A DNA stretch of 64,000 nt from a virus, in IMG/VR virus record IMGVR_UViG_3300050821_009430, positions 1-64,000 of that record. One strand, written 5' to 3'. Shown piece after piece: positions 45,295 through 55,102 of this stretch (its first letter is position 1; each line of letters begins with the position of its first letter). A program made the translations under genes and the position numbers. The notes beneath the pieces are model-generated. The model did no database searches, had not been told where the DNA came from, and saw only the letters and a list, made by a program, of their open reading frames with translations.

Positions 45295-48200
45295 CGGACG
45301 GTATGCTGACATGGCTCGATGCGAAGCAAAACTCTCGAAGGACTATCTTCGGTCGTGTCGTGACCGGCCAGAAATCGATGGTCAATGTCGGCGTGTTGCG
45401 ATGTGGTTGATCGACGGCAAGAAGGTCTGCGGAGAGCACGCATCGCTTATCTTGCTTGAGCACGCGAAGCGCGCGGGCGTTATTGAGCCTGTAGAGGTCG
45501 CCCCAGGGGAGCGGGAATACCGCCAAACTGTTGCGGAATAAGCGGGAGAAAATTATGGCGAATGGAGCAAAGATCATTCAAGGGTTGAAGCAAGCCGTAG
45601 CTGGCAATTTTGTCCGCGTTACGGTCGAAGGCCAAACCTGGGTGCGGCTGCCAGATCGCGACGCGAGCGCCGACAACTATCCATCACAGTTTGCAATGGA
45701 GGGGGCTGTCGAGCTTGAGGTCTATAATGCTCTTGGTCGCGTGCAGACGCAGACCATAGGCAAGGTTATTCAGCGCGCCATCGACAAAGCTCTGAACGCT
45801 AAAGCTACTGCGCCATGACTGCGAAGGGAAATAAGGTGCTCAATTTTGTCTGGCCCGAGAAAAGCTATCAGTCGCTTGATCGCGGCATCCGCTTCGCAGT
45901 GCGCGTTTTACATGCGGCTGGGTTTGAGACGTGTCAGTCGTGCCAAGGAGGCAAAGGACACGCCTACGATCAACCTACTGTCGATCTGAGGGCCGAAGCC
46001 GACGACGCTCGTGGCTTTGGGGCACTCGCCGCGCTGCGAACTTATGGCCTGCCGATTGCAGAGGTCGCAATCGTTTGGCCCGTGCGCAATGGCTATCCCT
46101 ACGAAAAGCTGTGGCGCATCACATTCAATAAAACGATGGAAGATCGCGCAGACGAAAAGCCCATTTTCGTTTTTGGCTACATGGCGACTTAACGCGCTAA
46201 CGCGGCATAAGCTTGGAGAGATCGACGTGCCTTGGTTTCCAGATAGCGAGAGCGGTGCCTTCGCCGACGTGGTCGAGGACCATGTTGCTATTGGAGATCA
46301 AGTCAAACGCTTCGGCGGAACGAGCAAATATAGGAGTGGCCGAGTGACTGGGTTTTGCCCCAACGGCGAGGTCCGCGTTGACGTTGGCGGAGGCCAAGGT
46401 CGTATTTGGCCACGAGATCAAACGAGAGTCTACTATGGCACCACGGAAAGCATTCCGGCACAGACCTCAGAGCCCACGCAGCCATCCCCGACGATAGAGG
46501 CCACTGAAATTGAAGTTGTATCGCACGTCACTTGGACGCCAGAGGGTGCCGCAAAAAGACCGCGATGGCGCAAGGTAGGTCGCGCCGGAGTCGTGGAGAA
46601 GTTTTTCTATTGGAACGATTCACCGACGACAGTCCGCGTCAATTTTCCGCACGACTTCGATATCTGCTTTATCTATGACCTAAAACTTGTACGTTGATGG
46701 GGAGATAGCGCAAATGACCTTAAAACTTACAAATACGCCTGCCGGTGTCGTGATCCGAGAGATATCGGCCAGCGGAGAATGCGCCTATCGCGTCACGCCG
46801 TTGGGTGAATGGCACTATTGCGGCGATCACAAAGGACCATGGCTCTGCATTTCTGCTGACAAGGTGCCCGCGCGCGTTCGGGATGCGTTAGCCAAATTTG
46901 ACACCGCGAACGGATTAGCGGTCGCTTAAATTCGATTACGCTAAACAGGAGTGACCGATGTCAAACTGCGAACTCTGCGGCGAACCGATGCCGGAAGGCG
47001 AAGAAATGTTCAAATACCACGGCTACAGTGGGCCATGCCCAAAGCCGCCATTGGAAAAGGTCCGCGCCGGGGTTAGCGGCATTGTTCCTCAAGGACCGAC
47101 TTTCCACTGGAAAGATGGTTGGTTCTTTTGCCGAGGCGAAGGGTTGGCCGTTCATATCTGGAACACGGAGCACGGCGCCGAACTGATAATCCCGCGCGGC
47201 GAATGGGATTCAATAGTCGGCCATCTTTCCCATCCCGATACGCCGCGCTGAGCATCCGAAAGCAAGGACTGCCATGAACATCGTTCATCCGATCCACGAT
47301 ACCAATGTCACGAAGATCAGGCGCGCACTGGTAGCAGCCCTTCCCGTCGTCAAGGACGACATCAGGTCCATAATTGAGGGGCACTGTCATCCCGAGACAA
47401 CACGGCGCCCAGGATCGATCCAATCTATAACCGGACACTGGTTCAACGAGGATACGATCGATCAAGAGGTTCTTAAAGAGCTTAAGAAACTTCGCTCAAT
47501 TGAAGCCAAGATCGTCGCTGCGGTCGAGATACTGAATTTTTGATCGCAGTGAGCGTCAGTGAATGCGAGGGACGATGAGCCAAAGATCAATGCTTGAATT
47601 TAACCACGACTATTGCCCGTCTGCCGGCGATGAGGCGGCTTTCGTTCACGCACTTGTTAGTTATTTACGCTCTGGTGACCCAGGACAGTTGCCGCGCGGC
47701 GTCACGTGGTTTGGCCGCCGCCATCATTCCGATGAATGCTCTCTTGGTGAACCGCCGCTCGGATGGGACAATTTAGGGAAGCGGGCGGCCACGTCATGAG
47801 ACTACGCAAACTCCTTTGTTGGTGGAGAGGCTTTCATACCTGGAAGCACCGCCGTAATCATGCCAAGCGGGATTGCACCTGCTGCGGCCGAGAAGAATGG
47901 TTATTTAGCGGAGAGTGGGGCGGCAATCCCCAATGGAAACAAATGCGCCGTACTTGGGCAATTCGCTAGCGTGTCGTCACGGAACAGACAAATGACTGAG
48001 GATTGGCGAACATTCGAGTGCATGGAGTGCGGCGACATTGAGGATATCGACGTTTCGGAAATGACCGCTGTAACCATATACCCATGCAAATGCTGCGGCT
48101 ATCCTCTCGAATGTATTGACGGCGTAATCGAGTTTGCAGATCAGTAGTCACAAAAATGAAACAGCAGCCGACATTCACCTATCAGATTTGGCAAGATGGC

Positions 48201-49982
48201 ATGATGGTTGCCAGCGCCACATCGACCGACAAGGCCACCGCCAAACGCGAAGGACTGCGCTATCTCCACCAGTACGCCCAGGACGGCTCCGCAACGATAC
48301 GCGGCCCCGATGTGGATATGACGGTCGAACATTCACGCTGACATCACACAAATGAACCTCACCGCGCTCAAAAATCAATGCGAACTCTCTGGTGGGTGCC
48401 GGTCGCCGCTGTATCAATGTGGCCGCTGTCCGTTCCGGGCGGGAGTCGCTTGGCGAGCGTCCGAGCTTGAGCGCGTGCTGCGGATGGGATTGCAGTTGGG
48501 AGAGAGCGGCGGCCACGGCTCAGGAAACAAGTGCCCCACATGCCACTTTGTCCGTGAGGCGCGTAAGGCTCTCGGTAATATCAAAGGAGAAAACTAAAAT
48601 GGCTGAAATCGAACGCGGGGAGTTGCTGAACAGTCTAATGCCGTTTGCGCTCTACTATGAGAACAAGATCAAGAACACGATGGCTCAATTGCCTGGAAAC
48701 ACTCCGCTATTTGATGGCGCGTTCACTATTGATGATTTTCTCGGGCCCTGGATGATAATGCACAATGACGACCAGGGCGCTCCTGTCTTTGATGCAGTCG
48801 TTAAAGATCAAGCGCGGTGACGATGACAAACCGAGGACAGAATGGCTGACACTTTAGCTAGTTTGATTGGCGGCGCATGGCTGATCTTCATGATCGTGGC
48901 CGTTGTGATGGCGATCTGCCGGGGATGTGGGTCATGCTGAGAGCCGAAGTCATCTGGCGCGCTAGACTGGCATGGGACGCCATAGCCGCGATCGGCTGCA
49001 TCCTGTCAGTCATAGCAGCCTTCGCAATCTTCGCGCCCTGTGCCGTCCTGTGGCTCGCTGTACCACCATGGAGAACGTCATGAACAGAGCTCAACTTATT
49101 GAATGGCTGCGTGGGTGCACCCATGGACGCCCAACGGCTTCCGGCTTTCCGAGCCAAGATGGTGCTCCGTTTCAGGAGGCGGCGCACATGCTTGATCGGG
49201 ATGGTGGGGCGCTGCAAATGGCGCTCGATGACCTTGAGCGCGTGGCCGGCGATGATGATGACTTCTCGGACACGATCCAGGTAATCAATTCGGCGCTCGG
49301 TTGTGAGCAGAAAGCGGACTCCAAATGATGAGATTTGTAATCGAAACATGGCCGATCTGGATGTGGATTGGTTTAAGCGGCCTCGCCATTCTCGCCACAA
49401 TTTCACGCATGTAAGTGATGAGTTTGGAGGTATTTATGACAACAAAAATAACAATCGATAGTACCTCTTATGCTGGAGAGGATGATGAGTTTGTGTTGCT
49501 CATTAGCCTTTCCGGTTTTGCTGACAAGGGACAGGTCGTGCGGATGCAAGACCATATTCATCATTTTTTTCTTGAACGGTTTTCTGGCAAAGATATTGAG
49601 CGCGCTCCTGGACAACAAGTAGATTCAAAATGAAACTTGCCTGTGTGCTATTGGGCTTCGCTTGTCTCCGCGATCCAGCAATGGAAACACCATTCAATCC
49701 GCCGTCATGGCCTTGGCCCGGTGAATGGGCCGTCGAATATAATGGACAGACAAGTGCGCCTGCTCCGTTTGGAGAGGCCATCAAGATATTCATTCCAGCC
49801 TGCCAGCCCTTCAAGGTCGTCGGTTATGTATCAGGAGAGAACTGGTTTATGTTCCGTACCCAACGAGAAGCGGGCACTGATGATATTATGATTTTGACGC
49901 TTGGTGACCCAAACAAAGAATCTTTGGTGCCGCCCGTTAAACCATGTTCAGCACCAGTTTCGTGATAGATGAGTAGTAAACA

Positions 49983-50936
49983 ATGGATTGGCCTTCTTTC
50001 CTAACAACACACAATATCGATTATATAACTGCCGGGCCAAATACAAGGAAAGGAGAAATATCCATTAGATGCCCGTGGTGTGGTGATGACGACCCATCTG
50101 AACATTTATCAATTTCATTAAGCAAAGATGCTTTTGGATGTTGGAGAAACACTAAACATGCCGGTTACAAGCCCACTCGTTTGATAGCTGCTCTATTGGG
50201 GTGCTCTTTCAGTCATGCACAAAACATTGTGCAGCAATATAGTGCCCCCGACGCAGGTGCTTTTGATGATGCCATGGCAATGCTACAAGCCACGGCTAAG
50301 CCACCACAGCGGCCCAATGCTTTAGTAGGGGGGCTACCTAGTGCATTTAGGCAAATCAAGCCAGCGGGCCTTACAGGCCGCTTTTGGCACTACCTATTGC
50401 AGCGGGGCTTTGATGATGTTCTTGCATTAATTACCGAATACAAACTTTTGTGCTGCCAAACCGGCCGTTGGAAAGATAGGATAATACTACCGCTGTACCA
50501 GAAACAATCACTAATCGGGTGGACTGGGCGTGCCATTCAGCCCACCACCAAAGCCCCGCGCTACTTAAGCTCTTCAGAAGCAATTAAGCATACTATCTTC
50601 AATGAAGACCATTTAACTGATGGGGGCAAAACTCTTTACATAACCGAAGGGCCATTTGATGCTCTGAAAATAGATTTCTACGGCAAAAAATTTGGGTCAC
50701 AAGCCACTTGTCTTTTTGGTGTCAACCCTACAATTAGTCAGATAGCCATCTTACATACTATTCTGTCCAGTTTTGAGAAGGTTGTAATTCTATTTGATGC
50801 AGAAGCATTTGAAGCGGCTCTTTCATTACACGATTCACTCTCTGTAAAAAATGTAACTATTGGAAGCCTACCTACCGGGGTTAAAGATCCCGGTGAACTC
50901 TGCCCCCCTCAGGTAGAGCAATTCCTTAAAACTTAA
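49983..50936 (+). CDS. DNA primase (Zn finger plus TOPRIM)
   Basis: CPWC...H...CW, YL..RGF, RIILP, GWTGR, ITEGPFDA, FDAE, KDPGE. Confidence 0.88.
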   Translation: MDWPSFLTTHNIDYITAGPNTRKGEISIRCPWCGDDDPSEHLSISLSKDAFGCWRNTKHAGYKPTRLIAALLGCSFSHAQNIVQQYSAPDAGAFDDAMAMLQATAKPPQRPNALVGGLPSAFRQIKPAGLTGRFWHYLLQRGFDDVLALITEYKLLCCQTGRWKDRIILPLYQKQSLIGWTGRAIQPTTKAPRYLSSSEAIKHTIFNEDHLTDGGKTLYITEGPFDALKIDFYGKKFGSQATCLFGVNPTISQIAILHTILSSFEKVVILFDAEAFEAALSLHDSLSVKNVTIGSLPTGVKDPGELCPPQVEQFLKT

Positions 50937-51009
50937 TTTTTCTTATTGTATCCTGACCTGACTGCATTGTAGCATTCTTGGGACTACTCGAATTTAAGGG
51001 TGGGGTGAC

Positions 51010-51552
51010 ATGCGGCATGAGCGCATAGCAACAGTGTGGGAGCCAGAGTGGGAAGGGGCAATCAAAAATTGGGCAACTTCCTTTATCAAAAAACAACAAT
51101 GGCGCTGCGATAAAATTTACGAATTTGAGGACCTTCTACAAGAAGCCTACGTTCTTTTTCTAAAGCTGGCAGCGCGTTACCCCAGAGTAGTTGAACCGGC
51201 CCATTTCATGGCCTTGTTCAAAACATCACTGAGTAATTTCATCCATGACAAATCAATTTACCTCCAACGAAAAAAAGAATGTCATGTCGACGTTGGAGTT
51301 GATATATCGGACTTTTGTATTAGTCATATCGGTGAGACTACCAATGCCGGGCTGACCATGCTCTTGCTTAACGAAGCACCGCAAGAACTGCGTTTGGCAT
51401 TGGCGTTAGTAACCGATGATCCAGCCTCTTTGGGGGCACCTATTAACCCCAGAAAACCCCGTGAGAACTTGAATATGAAGTTGAGACGTATTCTTGGTCT
51501 TGAGAACACTTTTGATTTCAAAGCAGCACTTATCGATCTGCTACTCAACTAA
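51010..51552 (+). CDS. Sigma-factor-like protein (sigma70 region-2-like)
   Basis: EFEDLLQEAYVLFLK....Y......F..LF...L.N resembles region 2; region 4 is not clear. Confidence 0.55.
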   Translation: MRHERIATVWEPEWEGAIKNWATSFIKKQQWRCDKIYEFEDLLQEAYVLFLKLAARYPRVVEPAHFMALFKTSLSNFIHDKSIYLQRKKECHVDVGVDISDFCISHIGETTNAGLTMLLLNEAPQELRLALALVTDDPASLGAPINPRKPRENLNMKLRRILGLENTFDFKAALIDLLLN

Positions 51553-51564
51553 GGAGCATCCCGA

Positions 51565-52188
51565 ATGCCGAATGATATAGAAAACGAATTGATCGAAGCC
51601 ACTAAGTTCAGGACACCCCCAGGGGGCTATTCAGCGCGCCAAGATCATTTGGGTGGCTTAGCACGGGCTGCCAATAAACTCACCGACGATCAATTTGACG
51701 AGCTGACCGATGATGCAGCAAATTGGGTTTCTTCTGCAATCAAAGCATTAAATGGCAAAGCTGAGATACCAGAATTTGACGATTACAAAGCTGCTGAAGA
51801 AGCTGGAAGTGAGATTGAGGAAGAAGGGGCTGAGACTAAAACAGCACGATCAAAAACTCCTAAAAAGAAGGATGCCCAAGAAGTCATAGCCAAGCCTTCT
51901 AAACTCAAGCCTTCAGGCAAGAAACAAAAAGTATCTGAAACCCGTTATGACAACTTGACGGGAGAACGCAACCGCTATGGGATCATTGTAGGAACTAAAA
52001 CCCACGAAGCTATCTTACTCTATGAAGAAGGCATCACATCCGCCGGTATCAAAGAGAAGCTTGGTGGCAGATTCTACAACATCCTTAAAACACTTGAAGA
52101 AAAAGGCCACCGCGTAGAACGGTTGCCGGGTGGGGTTTTCAAGCTAACTCATGCTGAAGATATAGGGACTAAAAAGGGTAAGAAATGA
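51565..52188 (+). CDS. Putative DNA-binding protein with C-terminal wHTH-like domain
   Basis: Charged linker, then YGIIVGTKTHEAILLYEEGIT...KEKLGG..YNILKTLEEKG, similar to the 33331 protein. Confidence 0.6.
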   Translation: MPNDIENELIEATKFRTPPGGYSARQDHLGGLARAANKLTDDQFDELTDDAANWVSSAIKALNGKAEIPEFDDYKAAEEAGSEIEEEGAETKTARSKTPKKKDAQEVIAKPSKLKPSGKKQKVSETRYDNLTGERNRYGIIVGTKTHEAILLYEEGITSAGIKEKLGGRFYNILKTLEEKGHRVERLPGGVFKLTHAEDIGTKKGKK

Positions 52189-52442
52189 ACCGGAATCCAA
52201 AGGAGCTTGCCAAACGAATATTGGAAATAGAAGCCGTTTATTCCAATGACATCCAATTCAGCTTAACTAATCTTGGGTTACGGCTAACATTTGGCGAAAC
52301 ATCGCTCATTCAGGATGAGCCACCAACTCATCGAATCGCGGTGTTCATCCCAGCCCCTATTATTGAACCGTTCATGACTGGGCTTAAAAACGTCATGGAA
52401 CAACACGCTCAGAATAATGCTCCGCCAGAAAAAACCAACTGA
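52185..52442 (+). CDS. DUF3467-like small protein
   Basis: VYSN.......L.LTFG.......V.IP motif. Confidence 0.55.
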   Translation: MNRNPKELAKRILEIEAVYSNDIQFSLTNLGLRLTFGETSLIQDEPPTHRIAVFIPAPIIEPFMTGLKNVMEQHAQNNAPPEKTN

Positions 52443-53353
52443 TGCTCTACCGTACCAAAAGTGGTACCAGGACGCTTTACCGTAGCCGCCCGCTATTGCT
52501 TACCCCGCAGCAAGCCTACACACGCCCCAGCCCCGGCAAAGCATGGTTTGCCACTACAACCAGCGTGTGGCGTGTTGATGAAATCATTAAGCGAAGTGTA
52601 CGTGACTGGCGCAGGCTGACTGGGGAAACTGGCCACACTGGCGAACGTGCTGAAACGATGCGAGCCGATCATGAGAGTGTGTATACCGGCACGCACAGCG
52701 TATTCGCTGCCCCATTGGTAGAATGGATTTTACTTCGATACGGCGGCGAACCGGGTGGGCATATACTTGATGCCTTTGCCGGTGGCCCACCACGGGCGTT
52801 AGTTTCAACCATTATGGGCTATCGGTATACTGGGTTTGAGATACGCCAGTCACAAATTGATGAAAATAAGAACACATTGAAGCAATTGGGCCTTACCGAG
52901 TGCAACTATATCCTTGCAGATGGCCGGTATCTTGCCGATGATATTGGTCCTTTCGATGTTGCACTAACATGCCCGCCTTATTACGATCTCGAAGTTTACA
53001 GTGATCTTGAGAATGATCTCAGTAATTTGGCTACCTATGGGCAGTTCAATTTTGGGATGTACTCTTGTGCATTAGCTCACGCCAAGGTGATGAAGCCTGG
53101 GGCTTTTGTTTGTATTGTTGTTGGAAATTTCAGAGATAAAAAAGGTGAATTAGTAGATTTCAGAGCACACACTGTTGAGAATTTCCAAGAAGTTGGATTT
53201 GTGTTTTGGCAAGATGTGATCTTGGTTAAAAACACTGGGAGTGCCACGATCAGATCCACTAACGCATGGCGTGGGAAAAAACTCGTCCCGATACATGAAC
53301 ATTTACTTGTCTTCAGACAACCAGAAAACAAAAAGGTTGAAGCAGATGAATAG
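52442..53353 (+). CDS. DNA amino-methyltransferase (N6-A or N4-C)
   Basis: SVF.APL.E, ILDAFAGG (motif I), GFEIR, TCPPYYDLEVYS (motif IV), HE.LLVF. Confidence 0.85.
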   Translation: MLYRTKSGTRTLYRSRPLLLTPQQAYTRPSPGKAWFATTTSVWRVDEIIKRSVRDWRRLTGETGHTGERAETMRADHESVYTGTHSVFAAPLVEWILLRYGGEPGGHILDAFAGGPPRALVSTIMGYRYTGFEIRQSQIDENKNTLKQLGLTECNYILADGRYLADDIGPFDVALTCPPYYDLEVYSDLENDLSNLATYGQFNFGMYSCALAHAKVMKPGAFVCIVVGNFRDKKGELVDFRAHTVENFQEVGFVFWQDVILVKNTGSATIRSTNAWRGKKLVPIHEHLLVFRQPENKKVEADE

Positions 53354-54389
53354 AGCTGAATTAACAGCAAAGCTGGAACTGGTCAGCTATGCCTTGGCCG
53401 ATCATAATTTGGTCCCTCTATTTCAGTGTTTCTGCTTTGATACAAAAACTGTCAATTGCTATAACGATACACTCGGGGTTATTGCCCCCTGTGAGATTAA
53501 TGATGCTTTTGCGGTCAATGGCACCACCTTGCTTGGGCTACTGAAAAACAGCCACAGTGAAGAAGTTGAGTTTTCAATCGAGGACAAACACGATATTGTC
53601 ATAAAAACCGGCAAGAGCCGTTTCAAATTGCCTTACTTTCCTAAGGAAGATTTCCTCTTCAAAAAGCCAGCCAACAAGTGGACTATCACACTGACTATAG
53701 ACGAAAACTTATTGAAGGGCTTGGAAGCCTGCCTATTGACTTCATCGCGTGATATGGCTCAACCAAAATTGCTTGGCGTTAGCCTTGGATCCTATTCTAA
53801 AAAGGTAGCTTTGTATTCCTGTGATGGGGACGCACTCACTCGTCATCTTACAAATACCAAAGCCGTAGAAAATTTATCTTATTTGATGCCCAATATGTTC
53901 TGCGAAGCCTTGGTTCGTATTTGCAAGGAATCCAAGATCGATGCCGGGCAACTGAATATTAATTCTGAATGGACCCACGCAGAACTAGATAACGGTTATC
54001 AAATCTACGGCCGTTTGATTGAAGTTGATGCCCCAGTAGATTACGAACAATTGATCACCAAAACCGTCAAAGGTGAGGTTAGCTTCCTGCCGTTGCCAAA
54101 AGGGTTGGATCATGCCCTATCACGCGCCCGCGTGATTGCTGATCCTGACAGTGCCAAAACCGTATTTGAGATAACAAGTGAGAAGCTTCGTCTAATAACC
54201 GAAACCCACATGGGCATTGTCAGAGATGTGATGCCTTACCCTAAACATGAGGATATTAGCGCCAATGCTTCGGCCGCCATGGTGCAACGGGCTATTGGGC
54301 TTTGTGACGAAATGGCCATTCTTGAACGCTGCACGGTATATAGACAGGGCACTACCCTGTTCATGGTTGTGAGCAATATGGGTGAATAA
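53346..54389 (+). CDS. DNA polymerase sliding clamp (beta/DnaN-like)
   Basis: About 347 aa, three-domain pattern, MNRAEL...L, IKTGKSRFKLP, SCDG, GRLIE...DY; replication context. Confidence 0.7.
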   Translation: MNRAELTAKLELVSYALADHNLVPLFQCFCFDTKTVNCYNDTLGVIAPCEINDAFAVNGTTLLGLLKNSHSEEVEFSIEDKHDIVIKTGKSRFKLPYFPKEDFLFKKPANKWTITLTIDENLLKGLEACLLTSSRDMAQPKLLGVSLGSYSKKVALYSCDGDALTRHLTNTKAVENLSYLMPNMFCEALVRICKESKIDAGQLNINSEWTHAELDNGYQIYGRLIEVDAPVDYEQLITKTVKGEVSFLPLPKGLDHALSRARVIADPDSAKTVFEITSEKLRLITETHMGIVRDVMPYPKHEDISANASAAMVQRAIGLCDEMAILERCTVYRQGTTLFMVVSNMGE

Positions 54390-54822
54390 AATGGATAGTG
54401 AAATAGAGCGATTACGGACCCGCGTTGCAGAATTGGAATTTCATATTTCTGAGATGGTGAAAGAATTACAACGAGTTGCTGAATCTTGGCCCCTGCGGCT
54501 TCCCCCAACATATGCATTGGTTTTAAGCGTTTTTCTTAAGCACCCAAAAATGGTTTTGACCAAAGAATTCTTATGGCGAAATATTTACGCTGCCCGTATT
54601 GGCCACGAAGATGAATGGCCTGATCCAAAAATTATTGATGTTTTTATCTGTAAACTTCGGCCAATCATTAAACGCTATGATATCTATATAGAAACAATTT
54701 GGGGTAGGGGCTGGCGTATAGATGAAGTCAACCACACCAAATTAGTGGCATTGAGTAACGTGCCATTCGGCACGTCACCTGAAGCCTTTACTCAAGCTAA
54801 TGCAGCAGGATGCGCTCAATAG
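54382..54822 (+). CDS. CtrA-like OmpR-type DNA-binding domain with an N-terminal coiled coil and no receiver domain
   Basis: LTKE.L...IY....DEWPDPKIIDVFICKLR......IETIWGRGW closely matches the CtrA C-terminal pattern (EPELKIIDVFICKLRKKL...IETVWGRGY). Confidence 0.8.
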   Translation: MNKMDSEIERLRTRVAELEFHISEMVKELQRVAESWPLRLPPTYALVLSVFLKHPKMVLTKEFLWRNIYAARIGHEDEWPDPKIIDVFICKLRPIIKRYDIYIETIWGRGWRIDEVNHTKLVALSNVPFGTSPEAFTQANAAGCAQ

Positions 54823-55100
54823 ATCAAATCATAGCTGCCGTAGAAGCAGCCGCCCGTGTCCCTCAAGGCTCAACCCGCGATACATCATGCCGGGTCTATG
54901 AGATCAGCCTTGCACGTCATATTGCCTGTTACATTGCCAGAAAAGAAACACATCTATCGTTCAAAAGAATAGCCACAGCTTTTGGCACCGACGATCATAA
55001 GATTGGCCTTTATGCCTTCAATAAAATTTCGATAGCCCTGCTTAATAGGGACCCTCATGTAATTCGAGTAGTGAATGAAGCTTCAAGCCCGGTGGCTTGA
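54810..55100 (+). CDS. Stand-alone DnaA domain IV-like HTH protein
   Basis: IDQII..V...ARHIACYIARKETHLSF..IA..FG.DDH.....A..KI matches the DnaA C-terminal pattern. Confidence 0.75.
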   Translation: MRSIDQIIAAVEAAARVPQGSTRDTSCRVYEISLARHIACYIARKETHLSFKRIATAFGTDDHKIGLYAFNKISIALLNRDPHVIRVVNEASSPVA

Positions 55101-55102
55101 AG

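Larger units (their letters stand above)
41725..49965 (+). other. Island of about 30 small, tightly coupled plus-strand hypothetical ORFs
   Basis: ORFs of 50-160 aa with RBSs and ATGA/TGATG couplings, inserted between GcrA and primase. Confidence 0.7.

Noticed and set aside
52442-53353. CcrM orthologue
   Set aside because: Motif I precedes motif IV and the catalytic motif is CPPY, unlike beta-class CcrM (DPPY first). The target site is unknown.
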